DNA from: Candidatus Latescibacterota bacterium
Lineage (GTDB): Bacteria; Latescibacterota; UBA2968; SICM01
DNA: 64,000 bases
Reading direction: 5' to 3'
Assembly (NCBI GenBank): GCA_965217865.1
Contig: CBDCJO010000002.1
Coordinates: 2,464,001 to 2,528,000, forward strand
The stretch's first letter is position 1. Each line of letters begins with the position of its first letter. The notes beneath the pieces are model-generated. The model was not told the DNA's origin, did no database searches, and saw only the letters and a list, made by a program, of their open reading frames with translations. The position numbers and the translations under genes are program-made. Positions 1 to 9,869 of this stretch are shown in pieces.

Positions 1-189
1 CGATAGCGCAAATCTCTCCTCTCACTGTGGCAATGACGTTGTCCGTATGCAGGCCTCCGTGGACCAATCTCCTCATAGTGGGTCGAGTCAAGTTGTTCCA
101 ATGCCGTTCTATGATTGGGAACAGCTCGGGAAGGTGCTCCTGGATCGGGAAAAGATCTGGGTCCCTTCGTCGCTACCCGACGGGTTCCG

Positions 190-335
190 ATCACTCTCGG
201 ACGAAAACCTGGTGTTTCCGCCGGCGGCTGACCAACGGATCCAATTGAGGGTTCGATGGAAGTCGTTACGGCGTCTGATCTGTCCGATGGTACCTTGCGA
301 TTTATCTTCCTGCTTGCTGTTCTTGCCACCCGGCG
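190..335 (+). pseudogene. Fragment of AAA/ABC-type ATPase (AAA_21/RecF-like)
   Basis: LVFPPAADQRIQLRVRWKSLRR followed in another frame by DLSDGTLRFIFLLAVLA (LSDG signature). No Walker A/B in the window. Confidence 0.45.
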
Positions 336-1350
336 ATCATGTTCAGGGACGAGACGGCCGGGGAAACGATAGGAGGGGAACGCCATACGCGGAACCCGAC
401 GCTGGAGGAGCGGCGCCTGCTGACGCCACGCCTGCGGGGGGGAAGGTGATGCGCAGGGGTGCCATCCGATCAAATCAGCCGCGTCTCGGGACCCGGATGT
501 CCGGGTGGTCGTGACGGCGAAGTCTGGAAATTCATGCGGTTTGTGCAGTCCCCTGAAAAAAGGCGAGGTAGATCTCAAGGTCTCGAAAGGGCAAACGGCT
601 CGGCCGCCCGGAGGGCGCCCGGGGCAAGTCCATGCGGCGGCGGCATGAGTAAATCAACCCTCATCAAGGGCACGAGAGTTCACAACATTGGCAAAAGACC
701 GAGATCGCGCACGCTTATGAAAGCTTCTCCTGTCTCGGCTGCACGCCTGACTTTCATTGCGAGGACGCCCGCCAAATCAAGTCGGTGACACAGAACCTCG
801 TGCAGATCGAGTCCATCCATGCAAACTACGCTCTTGCCGCGCCCAAAGGCTTCCAGCCCCGCAGCGGTGAATCCGCTTTGGCTGACAATCAGGCCGCGCG
901 ACCATTTCGCTTTGTCCTCGACCTCCCCAGGGGAGGCACTCTTTATAACCTTTCTCTGGCCGGATGAAAGCCTATAAGACGAGTATATTTAATGTGTTGT
1001 GTGGTGGACGTGACGAAGGGTCTTGCCGTCCTCCGGAAGGGCCAAAGAAAGAATTGTCCCCTGAGAGGTGTTGAGTTATATTGTGTGACAGATTAGCCGG
1101 GTACATGGGTAACAGGTGTTCTTAAGCTTATGGCACCGAAAGGAGGTGCCCTATGTCCTGGAGCCCCGACGAGATTTATTCAAGTAAAAGGACCTATATG
1201 GAGGCCGCCCATGGCTACGGAACCCGTTACCGACGCTCTCTATCGCGCCCTGCGCAGCTCCGAGCCGGACCCCGACTTGGCGCATGCCGCCGTCGAGGAA
1301 GTCCGCAACCTCGCCAGGATCTGACAGCAGGGCCAGGAGGGGACATGGGC

Positions 1351-2751
1351 TCATTCCGAAATACCGCATGCAACGTCCGTTAGACTATCGTAGTAGTGCA
1401 CAAAAGTCATTCCGTCGATCACAATTCGATCGTTGAACGGTAGGTCCTCTGCCCACGTGAGTTCGGTGCCCCAGTTGTGTGGAGGACGGTCCGATTTTGC
1501 CCACCTGTTCCCATTGTAGCGACGAAACAACACAGTCCGACCAGCTTCGGTGACATATGCCTCGACCAAGACGTCACGTTCGGTGGTCTCCTTCTTAATG
1601 TTGAGTAGTCGGAAACAATCGAACCTTTTCTGGCCAATCGTCACCGCGAACTTGCCCGCTCCAAACAAATCTGGCACATCGTCGGCTCTTTCGAACGCGC
1701 CACTCCCGAGTTCCCTCACATATCCGCGATCTTCGATACGGCGTGGTGCGCTGTCCCAGTCGTCGTTGAATCCCTCGTCAAGAAAGCTGGTGAGTTCGCC
1801 TCTCCCGTCGTGACGGATGGTTTCTACTGCGAGCCATGCGACTTCGTCATCTGTGAGCCGACCCCACATTCTGGTTAAACAAGTCTTGTCCTTATTCGGG
1901 TTTCTGTCGTACGGGACGTCCGCACAATTGAGGAAACGCTGCTCGACTTCGATCTCCACCCCCTCCTGACCGTGAATGACGGCCTTGCGCCGGGCGCTCA
2001 TCTCGACGGTCTCAGAAAGCTTCCACGGAGACTGGCCACTCCCCGGAGGTTCGTATGACGCCCATCTCACCTCGTCGCCTACCTCGGGCAGGACGAACCA
2101 CCAAGACATCTCTCGAAAATCCAGGTCAAAGGGATCCTCTCCAATCCGTTGGATCTTGACCTCGGGCATTTGCTCCGGAAACGGTTTTCTCGCATCCATG
2201 ATAGCACTCCTTCGTTTTCTCTTGATGCCCAGTACGGCTCTCACTCGGTCCCGACCGTGGGATAGGCGGCGCTTCACGGTGCCGGCGGGACACTGATGTC
2301 GCGCTGCGATTTCAGCGATGGTCAACCCGTCGAGGTAGAACGATTTCAGCGCCTTCCTCTCATGCTTTGAGACTTCCTCAAAAGCGTCTACCACCTCTTC
2401 AGCGGCCTCCCGCAGGTGCGTAGATGCCAACCCGAACCTGTTGACCATGGGTTCGAGCAGCCTTGTTTCCACGAGGACCTCTCGTCGCTGCTTCGAACGG
2501 AGGTAGTCCCGACAACGGTTGCGGGCCACTTGCAGAATCCAGGGGCGGACTTTTCTTGGTGTTTCTCCGTGGCGCAACCCGGTCCAGACATGCAGCAGCG
2601 TGTCCTGCAACACGTCCTGAACGTACTCGCCAGACCCGATTCGGCCGTGAATCAATGCTGCCAGCGAGCGCTCGTGGCGTCTGATCAAGGCCAGGAAAGC
2701 TTCTTCGTCTCCGTCCCGTATTCGGCGGGCCAAAACTTCATCGGAATCCAA
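1351..2751 (-). CDS. ECF sigma-70 factor with ~280-aa C-terminal extension
   Basis: Region 2 (DVLQDTLLHVW...WILQVARNRCRDYLR) and region 4 (FYLDGLTIAEIAARHQCPAGTVKRRLSHGR), then a long soluble extension. Confidence 0.9.
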   Translation of the reverse strand: MDSDEVLARRIRDGDEEAFLALIRRHERSLAALIHGRIGSGEYVQDVLQDTLLHVWTGLRHGETPRKVRPWILQVARNRCRDYLRSKQRREVLVETRLLEPMVNRFGLASTHLREAAEEVVDAFEEVSKHERKALKSFYLDGLTIAEIAARHQCPAGTVKRRLSHGRDRVRAVLGIKRKRRSAIMDARKPFPEQMPEVKIQRIGEDPFDLDFREMSWWFVLPEVGDEVRWASYEPPGSGQSPWKLSETVEMSARRKAVIHGQEGVEIEVEQRFLNCADVPYDRNPNKDKTCLTRMWGRLTDDEVAWLAVETIRHDGRGELTSFLDEGFNDDWDSAPRRIEDRGYVRELGSGAFERADDVPDLFGAGKFAVTIGQKRFDCFRLLNIKKETTERDVLVEAYVTEAGRTVLFRRYNGNRWAKSDRPPHNWGTELTWAEDLPFNDRIVIDGMTFVHYYDSLTDVACGISE

Positions 2752-2778
2752 CTCTACGCCCCCCCTCTACCAATACAA

Positions 2779-2804
2779 GGCGGAGAATGAAACCAAAAGG
2801 TTCA
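2779..2804 (-). promoter_or_regulatory. Possible ECF-type (autoregulatory) promoter
   Basis: Minus strand TGAACC-N16-CGCC about 30 bp upstream of the sigma start; resembles AAC...CGT ECF promoters. Confidence 0.35.
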
Positions 2805-2902
2805 CAACGCCCGAATGAATGGCGGCATCTTTTTAAAGTAAAAGATCACACGGCAGAGGCCAAAACCTATCTTGAAATACAAGGTATGGGCAATTTGGGG
2901 GC

Positions 2903-3549
2903 GATCGAAAAAGCGATCACGATCGTCAACACCTGGAGCATCACGGGCAGCGCCCAAAACGGAATGCGGGCGCTCAACAGATCGACGAGATAAGCGCCTC
3001 CGCCGGCCTCTTTGCTCACGCCGCCGATCGTGATGGCCAGAAGGAGAATGACCGAGCCGCCGACCACCCCCTTCATCCCGTCGGTGATCCCGTCGATCAG
3101 ATCCTTCAAGGCCATCCCGCGGCCCAGGGCCATGAACGCGCACAGAAGGAGCGCACACCCGAAAGCCCATAACACGTTGGGCGAGCCGATGGCGACAAAC
3201 GTTCCGATCGCGATGGCGATCAGCACCACAAGGGGTAAAACGAAGTCGAGCAGATGGGGCCTGTAGTTTTCCGGCACCTGCACGTCGTGGAGTTCACGGG
3301 CCGCCAGGGGAGTCGCCTCGGGCGCGTCCAATCGGCCTGTTTGCCGAGCGCGGTCGATGGCCGCCATCAACCGTTTCCCGACAAAGAGCGGTTTCTCGAT
3401 GCTCAGCAGAAACGTCCCCAGCACGGCGAAAATCGCGTAGAAACAAAAAGGCACGCTCTTGAAAAAGAACAGCACACGATCGGTCTCCGTCGCCAGGAAA
3501 CCGACCCCCGCGACGTAGATAAAGGCCTGAACGTAGCCTGGCGGGGCCG
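2903..3549 (-). pseudogene. Internal fragment of Na+/H+ antiporter NhaC-family membrane protein
   Basis: PGYVQAFIYV...KSVPFCFYAIFAV...LLLAITIGGVSKEAGGGAYL...VIAFS; truncated at both ends. Confidence 0.7.
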
Positions 3550-3575
3550 CTGAGGTCTCCCCTTAGCCCGCGGCC

Positions 3576-3849
3576 CGGTTCACCCCCACTCGCGTGGGGA
3601 ATACAAGCCCTTTCGCAAACATACAACGCTTGCAGTCCGGTTCACCCCCACTCGCGTGGGGAATACAGCAGCCGACGCTCGGTGTCGGTGATGTCAGCCG
3701 GTTCACCCCCACTCGCGTGGGGAATACCTGAACGTGAGGTTCAGATAAATGGCAGACTTCGGTTCACCCCCACTCGCGTGGGGAATACTTGACAGGTCCA
3801 GGTCCAATGCGCTGGAAAACCGGTTCACCCCCACTCGCGTGGGGAATAC
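3576..3849 (-). CRISPR. CRISPR array, 5 identical 29-bp repeats and 4 spacers (33, 32, 32, 32 bp), type I-E-like repeat
   Basis: Repeat CGGTTCACCCCCACTCGCGTGGGGAATAC at 3576, 3638, 3699, 3760, 3821. Reverse complement GTATTCCCCACGCGAGTGGGGGTGAACCG has the I-E CCCC/GGGG hairpin and AACCG end. Confidence 0.97.
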
Positions 3850-4284
3850 GGAATTGGGGCGGCCTGCAGAACTGGCTTGAGAGGAGGGCTCCGATAGGAG
3901 TCGCTTCGGCTAACAGATCCGCAGGCCTCCCCGTCTTCCTGGATCGGATTAGAAAATGCGCGAAGACCGGCACACCTACTCACACAAACAAGAGTGCCGG
4001 CCGCGGATGTAAGTTGGTATCGGAAGACACCACCCCCCACACGGGAGCTTCGCCCCTCTTCAAAGACCGGTCCTGCACCATAAGGGCGAACTGCGCTCCG
4101 AACATAGTAAGAATGTCCACTTTACACCCCTTGACGCTGAGAAAACCGGCATAAAAAATCTCATCCAACCTCGAAATCGTCAACTTTGCTCTTGACTTTC
4201 CGCATGTAGTCCCGCCAGGTGCGAAACCTGCCGAAGCGAAGCGGAGACAGGTTGGGTCGGAGGCCCGAATGGGCAGGAGCCACA

Positions 4285-4365
4285 GCCGGCGGTTCTCCTC
4301 CTCAAGCTGCTTGAGCCGCTTCAACTCATTCACCTCAAGCCCTCCGTACTTACTCTTCCACCGGT
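4285..4365 (-). mobile_element. IS3-family orfA fragment
   Basis: YRWKSKYGGLEVNELKRLKQLEEENRRL. Confidence 0.6.
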
Positions 4366-4510
4366 AGGAGTGCAGGATAGAAGCGTTTCAGCTTGATGCG
4401 TGCATCTTTGGTGTTGAAGAACCAGTTTGACGATGGGTGGATTCTGATCCCGCTCTGTGAGCCAAGCTTTCACTTCCTTGCCGAGTTGTTGGATGGTAAG
4501 AGCAACGGAT
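4360..4510 (-). mobile_element. IS630-family 3' remnant (second IS630 type)
   Basis: EVKAWLTERDQNPPIV...FNTKDARIKLKRFYP; near-identical to 21725-21846 on the opposite strand. Confidence 0.6.
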
Positions 4511-4577
4511 AATCTCTCGGTGAATTTACCATTGTTTGGGTCGGAGAAGCGGCTAAATTGACCTGAAGGACGGAAGT

Positions 4578-4871
4578 CGTCTTGACATGGCTTCCGCCTC
4601 TGCGGTGCTGGCGTAATTACGATAGCTCCTTTCAATACAGCAAGTTACGACTGACAAACAGAGAATGGTTCCGGGGAAAGGATCATATGGGGAGCCGGTC
4701 CCAATGTGGAAGAAACGACTGATATGACTGGAAAAACGGGAATCGGTCTTGACGTCTTGACATGGTTTCCGCCTCGACGGTGCGGGCGCAATTACGATAG
4801 ATCCTTTCAATACAGCAAGTTACGTCTGACGAACAGAGAATGGTTCCGGGGAAAGGATCATATGGGGAGCC
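4578..4871 (+). repeat. Two diverged 119-bp direct repeats (4578-4696 and 4753-4871) ending in GGGGAGCC(A); att-like
   Basis: Both copies read CGTCTTGACATGG...TTTCAATACAGCAAGTTACG...CAGAGAATGGTTCCGGGGAAAGGATCATATGGGGAGCC. Confidence 0.9.
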
Positions 4872-5120
4872 ATATTCCCATCCGCCAACTTCGGCGGTCG
4901 TCCGTTAACGCAAGACCCCGTGGGGCAACCCTTCGGGGTCTTGTCGTTTCTGTCGTATTCACAAACACTTGTGCCACATCCTTCCCTCTCTGCCGATTCT
5001 CTGTTTCGAAGCGTTTCCCCCGGTGTCCGAGCACAACCGTGGGGTTGCGTCCGCTGAGCAGAGATATCTCCTCCGGATTCTCTGATTCTCTGTTTTTCCC
5101 GTCGGCCTTATTTAACAGCC
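4817..5120 (+). repeat. ~300-bp repeat A; inverted copy at 39004-39307; tRNA-3'-like end plus terminator hairpin
   Basis: High identity by eye to the reverse complement of 39004-39307; GGGGAGCCA followed by hairpin CAAGACCCCG...CGGGGTCTTG. Confidence 0.9.
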
Positions 5121-5144
5121 TGGTTCGTCATTATCGCGGTAAAA

Positions 5145-5290
5145 GACGAGATCTCATTGCATTTTAGACCCCATACCTTTTCTGTATATATCTCAAAGAA
5201 AATACGGAACAACCTCTCGCCAAACCTGTTGCTTACCCAATCCCGAAAGGATCTCTCTGGCTTAATTGGGAAAATTTGCCTTATTGATGT
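5145..5290 (-). pseudogene. Fragment of FAD/NAD(P)-binding oxidoreductase (UDP-galactopyranose mutase/HemY-like)
   Basis: SFRDWVSNRFGERLFRIFFEIYTEKVWG motif. Confidence 0.5.
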
Positions 5291-5292
5291 AG

Positions 5293-5407
5293 TACCTATT
5301 GACATTTAAAACGAGCGTGCCGAATGTTTCGTGCCACAGACGCACCCGCGGAAGGTATTCGCAAGCGCTTTGTGCTCCAAGGGCTCGCCGCAGCCCTTGA
5401 GCGGAAC
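5293..5407 (+). mobile_element. IS630 left-end remnant with internal deletion
   Basis: TACCTATTGACATTTAAAACGAGCGTGCCGAATGTTT is identical to 19450; fused to AEGIRKRFVLQGL that matches 57790-57850. Confidence 0.7.
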
Positions 5408-5711
5408 GGCTGCGCCTGGCAGCCGGTCTGCAAAAAACAACAGCACAAACCGGCTGCCAGTGCTCGACCCAAACCGCCTTACGGGCGGTTTCGTGGGCAC
5501 ATGAAATCGTTAGGCGGTCATGCTGGTTTGGGGGTAACTGCTCGAATAAGATACGGGTGGCAAAACCAAAACCTCGTCCTTCGTCAGATTTGGATGGTGG
5601 ATCTAATCGTGGGCCCGACTGCGGAGCATCCGTGCGCCGCAGAGAATACACACGAAGGCCCTATGCATAGCATAGGGCCTTCGCTTAGATCGTACTCCAA
5701 CTACGGCCTGA

Positions 5712-7091
5712 TCATTCAGGCGCACCATGCTTACGGAGCAATTCGACGACCCTCCTATGCGGTTCGTTATACCCCTTTTCTTTCGTGGGGAGAACACCAT
5801 AGGGAGGCTGTGGATACCGAAGCGCGTAGCCGAGAGGCGTCGTATCTTTGAAATGCCTTCCCCTCTTTTTAATCTGACCTCCCCCAGGATCAGCTTGGTC
5901 GCCAGAGTGTTCCACAAACGAGGGAACTTGAACAGTGGATCTGATAGACAGGTTTGCCCTGTGTTCCAAGAACAACTCCAACATCGGATAGTTGAAATTC
6001 CAATTTGTAGCGACTGTGTGGTAAATAGGTGTATGGTCGCTACGGCTATTTCTATCCGGCTTGGCGCAGGAATTGACGTTCGCCCCGTACGCGAATAAAA
6101 TCTTCGCTTCCTCAAGCAAGTTGAATTCTGCGCAGTAGTGAAGCAGTGTGGTATTCGTCAATGGGGCTCCACCATAGAAACCACCGTACACGATCCCGCC
6201 CAGACCTATGGTGAAGTGCTCATGCACTATGCCAGGATTCTTGTCGAGACGTACTTTGAGAAGATCTCGACGGCCACGCAAGATGTCAAAAACCGGACCA
6301 TCTTCGTATTCTGCACCAGCTTGGATCAGTGCCTCCAAACAAGCTTGCATACGGTCCGTTTTGACGTAAGTCTGAAGTACCATCTGGAGCGCCGTCCAGG
6401 TACATCTTGTATCCTGACATTGTTTATTGGGGTCAGCACCATGGGTAAGCAACCAATTAAGTTGCTCGAGTCGGTGGTCCTCACAGGGATAGAGAATGAG
6501 AGGCCCCCAGTCGTAGACTTTGATATTCAGGTCTGCTCCGTGCTCCACTAGAACCTCCAACACTGCAATGTTATCCGATCCTCTGGCGACGGGTAATTCG
6601 CCATCCTCATGTACATTTGCTCCGACTTCGATCAACACTTTGGCAATCTCAGCCTTACCCCCTGCACATGCATAAGTTAGGGGCCGGTAGTTCACATAGT
6701 TGTGGGATCGGCTGCGGCGAATGTGCTCGTTCAAAAGGTCAGGGTTCGTCTGAACCATTCCTCGCACCTCGTCCATATCGTCCGCGTCGATAGCGACCTT
6801 GAGGCGCTGTGCGCTATCAGAAATCGTCTCGGTGTCGTAAGTATCCACAAAGTGCTTGAGCTTCGGCCAACTGGTAAAACTGTATTCACGAGCAATGACG
6901 AGTTGGGCATCGCTCAGAGATAGGTCAGTGGCCAGAATCTCGGTATCTGTCGCTTGTGTCAAACGAGGGTGGAACTCCCTGATAGACGCACAGACTTCCA
7001 CATTACCAGCCTTGTAGCCGTCGAGGAGGTCTTTGGCTTGCTTCTTGAGGTGAACGAGGTGGGGCGAGGCGGGAAGTAGCTTGGGAGGCAT
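5712..7091 (-). CDS. Ankyrin-repeat protein with N-terminal LPxxPxLxHLKKQAK...AQLVIAREY.F.SW.KLK helical domain
   Basis: Repeated ankyrin motifs (PLTYAC, TLLHYCAE, TPIYHTV, TPLGYAL, GANVN/GADPN); RBS AAAGGAG. Confidence 0.9.
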   Translation of the reverse strand: MPPKLLPASPHLVHLKKQAKDLLDGYKAGNVEVCASIREFHPRLTQATDTEILATDLSLSDAQLVIAREYSFTSWPKLKHFVDTYDTETISDSAQRLKVAIDADDMDEVRGMVQTNPDLLNEHIRRSRSHNYVNYRPLTYACAGGKAEIAKVLIEVGANVHEDGELPVARGSDNIAVLEVLVEHGADLNIKVYDWGPLILYPCEDHRLEQLNWLLTHGADPNKQCQDTRCTWTALQMVLQTYVKTDRMQACLEALIQAGAEYEDGPVFDILRGRRDLLKVRLDKNPGIVHEHFTIGLGGIVYGGFYGGAPLTNTTLLHYCAEFNLLEEAKILFAYGANVNSCAKPDRNSRSDHTPIYHTVATNWNFNYPMLELFLEHRANLSIRSTVQVPSFVEHSGDQADPGGGQIKKRGRHFKDTTPLGYALRYPQPPYGVLPTKEKGYNEPHRRVVELLRKHGAPE

Positions 7092-7220
7092 GACGAACTC
7101 CTTTCTTAGAACGCACCTGGTGCCCGCATCATCAGGCAGAAAGAAGCTTGGAAATTATGTTGGATAGAAAATCGGTGGGTTCAACCCTTCCCGCGGACTG
7201 GAGGCTCCCTTGGAGCGATA
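7092..7220 (-). ncRNA. Putative structured 5' leader RNA of the ankyrin gene
   Basis: GC-rich blocks in an AT-rich intergenic region; pairings GCTCC/GGAGC, GGGT/ACCC, GTCCGC/GCGGGC, GGGAAG/CTTCTT between the promoter and the RBS. Confidence 0.5.
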
Positions 7221-7225
7221 ATTCC

Positions 7226-7254
7226 AATATAAAATACTTTTCTTTAGAAATCAA
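7226..7254 (-). promoter_or_regulatory. Sigma70-like promoter for leader and ankyrin gene
   Basis: Minus strand TTGATT-N17-TATATT. Confidence 0.65.
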
Positions 7255-7310
7255 GAAAATCCTCTTATTAGGAATGGGGGCTACGAAGAAAAAAAAATAT
7301 ATTCTTGATA

Positions 7311-7336
7311 AAACCTTTTAAAGAATTGGGTTGTCT
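7311..7336 (+). promoter_or_regulatory. Possible ECF-type promoter of second ECF sigma
   Basis: AAACC-N16-TGTCT just upstream of the start codon. Confidence 0.35.
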
Positions 7337-8338
7337 TATAGGATAAATTAACTGGTGAGGTGACAATGGCATCCAAACTATTCATGAGACTAAGTCCTGA
7401 AACCGATGACGGTGAGCTGGTACGGGCGGCACAGAAAGGCAACGAAAAAGCGTTCTCAGTTCTTTTAGATAAGTACACTTCGCGTCTTTGGCCCAACGCC
7501 TTCGCCCTGAGCAACAACCAGTTCGACGACGCCCAGGATTTGATACAGGAGACTTTTTTGCGAGCCTATCATCGCTTGCACACACTTCAGACTCCGCAAG
7601 CTTTCTATTCCTGGCTGACCACCTTGATGGGTAGACTGGCCACAACCCGCCGTGGTCGAATGCAACACCGAGCCGAACTACTCACCACTCATCCAGGCGA
7701 GGTGGTGCCAGGCCCTGCTTCGATTTTTTCGCGTACCCCGGAAGAGGAATACCTGTCCCAGGAACTCGAGCATGCGTTGGAGCAGGCCCTTGATCACCTC
7801 ACAGCGACATCACGTGAGATCTTCACAGCCTTTCACGTGGACGGCCATTCAATTAGGGAGATTACAGCTCGGACCGGCCTATCGGTCGGCGCGGTCAAGT
7901 CCCGCCTGTTCCAAACCCGGAAGAAGCTAAGAAAGGAGCTAGTCGCCATGATACCCGAAACGACAGTGCCGAGCGAAATCCCTGAGGGGCTGAATATCGT
8001 TCTAATGGGGCAACGCGAACACGAAAATCATCCGCTCCATCCGAACAGGCTCACCCAACGCCTGTTGCCCCGGCGAGTGCTCTATGCCTGCAGGAAAATA
8101 CCCAGGAGCACTCGGGAACTGAGCAAATACCTGCATGTAGATCCCGTTTATATAGAGGATCTCGTCCCGGATCTGGTGCGCGGTGAACTGCTTGATGAAC
8201 CCGTCCCCGGCAGCTACCAAACATCCTTTCTCTTTGTGGATAAGACCGAGTTGGCCGAAATATCTGACAACCTTTCGTTCGTAAAGGATGGCGTCTCGAT
8301 CATAAAGAAGCATGTGCCCCGCCTGCGGTCTACCCTAG

Positions 8339-9865
8339 CAGCCTGTTGAAAAAGTGCGTTTATGCCAAGATGACTGTTGTCTTTCCTTGTGGTTTGGTCC
8401 TATGATATATCAGGTTCAAACTGAGAAGGGAGGACGAGCAAATGGCAATGGGAAAACGAGGCCGACAGAGACAGGAAAACCTGTTCATCGCATCGAACAC
8501 TTTGGTGAAATCTCCGGGTCATCCGTTCTACGAGAAGCTGAATCAGGTATTGGAGGCGAACGGGTTCGACGAGTTCGTCGAAGGGCTTTGCCAGCGGTAT
8601 TACGCTCCTCATATGGGTCGCAAGGGCATTCCGCCCGGGGTTTATTTTCGGATGCTTTTGATTGGGTATTTCGAGGGACTTGATTCGGAACGTGGGATCG
8701 AATGGCGTGTATCTGACTCGCTGACGTTGCGCCGGTTTTTGGGGTATGCCCTTGACGAACAGACCCCGGATCATTCCAGCCTGTCTCGCATCCGGCATCG
8801 GCTTCCCTTGGAAGTTCACGAAGCGGTTTTCAAGTGGATCCTGAGGGTCTTGTGCAAAGCGGGTCTGGTGAAGGGGAAGACGTTGGGCGTGGATGCTACG
8901 ACACTGGAGGCCAACGCCGCGATGCGCAGCATTGTACGCCGTGACACGGGTGAAGGCTACCAGGCATTCCTTGAGAATCTGGCCAAGGCCTCGGGCATTG
9001 AAACGCCTACCCGCGAGGACTTGTCCAAGATCGATAAGAAGCGACCGAAGAAGGGATCGAACCAGGACTGGGAGCACCCGCACGACCCGGATGCCAAGAT
9101 CACTAAGATGAAGGACGGTCGCACGCACATGGCGCACAAGGTGGAGCACGCGGTGGATCTGGACACCAATGCCATTGTGGCAGTGGCGTTGTCGGGAGCA
9201 GATGAAGGAGATACCGAGTCGTTGTCCTGGACGCTGCTCGAGGCGCAGCTCAATCTCAAGCAGGTCGCGAAGGACGAAAAAGCTGCTAAGCGTTTGCACA
9301 GACAGCGTATACGGGAGGTGGTTGCGGACAAAGGATATCATAGCAACGATGTATTGACCAGTCTGAAGCAAGGCGGCATCCGGAGTTACATTTCAGAACC
9401 GGATCGGGGACGCCGCAAGTGGAACGGCCGACGAGATGAGCAGGCCGCGGTATATGCGAATCGACGCCGGATCAAGGGAGATCGCGGCAAGGCCTTGCGC
9501 CGAAGTCGTGCAGAACGGGTGGAAAGAACCATCGCTCACACATATGATACCGGTGGCATGCGCAGGTTGCACTTGAGAGACCGCGGCAATATCCTCAAGC
9601 GTTTGCTGATCCACATCGGGGGCTGCAACCTGGCTCTGCTCATGCGCAAAGTGATGGGCGTAGGTACTCCGAAGGCCCTCCAGGACCTGGCCAAGGCCTT
9701 GCAGCGTCTACTGCTCGTCCTACAATCACGCTTTGCTGCCCTCGGTCACCTTTTTAACCTCTTATCAGCGTCTCCTGCTCAATCTCCTTACCTTGATTTA
9801 TCCGACCCGCACTCCAGGCGTCTTTTCCGTTTATGTGTGTTGAAAGGTAGTTCTTCAACGGGCTG
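8339..9865 (+). mobile_element. IS1182/IS5-type element, copy 1
   Basis: TIRs CAGCCTGTTGAAAAA / TTCTTCAACGGGCTG; CTAG duplicated at 8335-8338 and 9866-9869. Confidence 0.95.
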
Positions 9866-9869
9866 CTAG
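8442..9869 (+). CDS. DDE transposase (DUF772-type N-terminus), 475 aa
   Basis: GLDSERGIEW, TPDHSSLSR, VDATTLEANA, VADKGY, ERVER motifs. Confidence 0.93.
   Translation: MAMGKRGRQRQENLFIASNTLVKSPGHPFYEKLNQVLEANGFDEFVEGLCQRYYAPHMGRKGIPPGVYFRMLLIGYFEGLDSERGIEWRVSDSLTLRRFLGYALDEQTPDHSSLSRIRHRLPLEVHEAVFKWILRVLCKAGLVKGKTLGVDATTLEANAAMRSIVRRDTGEGYQAFLENLAKASGIETPTREDLSKIDKKRPKKGSNQDWEHPHDPDAKITKMKDGRTHMAHKVEHAVDLDTNAIVAVALSGADEGDTESLSWTLLEAQLNLKQVAKDEKAAKRLHRQRIREVVADKGYHSNDVLTSLKQGGIRSYISEPDRGRRKWNGRRDEQAAVYANRRRIKGDRGKALRRSRAERVERTIAHTYDTGGMRRLHLRDRGNILKRLLIHIGGCNLALLMRKVMGVGTPKALQDLAKALQRLLLVLQSRFAALGHLFNLLSASPAQSPYLDLSDPHSRRLFRLCVLKGSSSTGC

Noticed and set aside
4205-4285. SRP-RNA-like CCAGGT...GAAGC hairpin
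   Set aside because: Lacks the CAGG-CC-GGAA-GG-AAGCAG helix 8 pattern; more likely a short palindromic repeat.
4640-4700. Possible tRNA (GGTTCC...GGGGAGCC)
   Set aside because: No cloverleaf, D arm or anticodon arm; treated as an att-like remnant.
3850-5700. cas genes or anti-CRISPR next to the array
   Set aside because: No Cas motifs in any frame; only IS remnants and fragments.
8400-9371. 323-aa antisense ORF present in every IS1182-type copy
   Set aside because: Conserved only because the IS copies are near-identical; shadow of the transposase.
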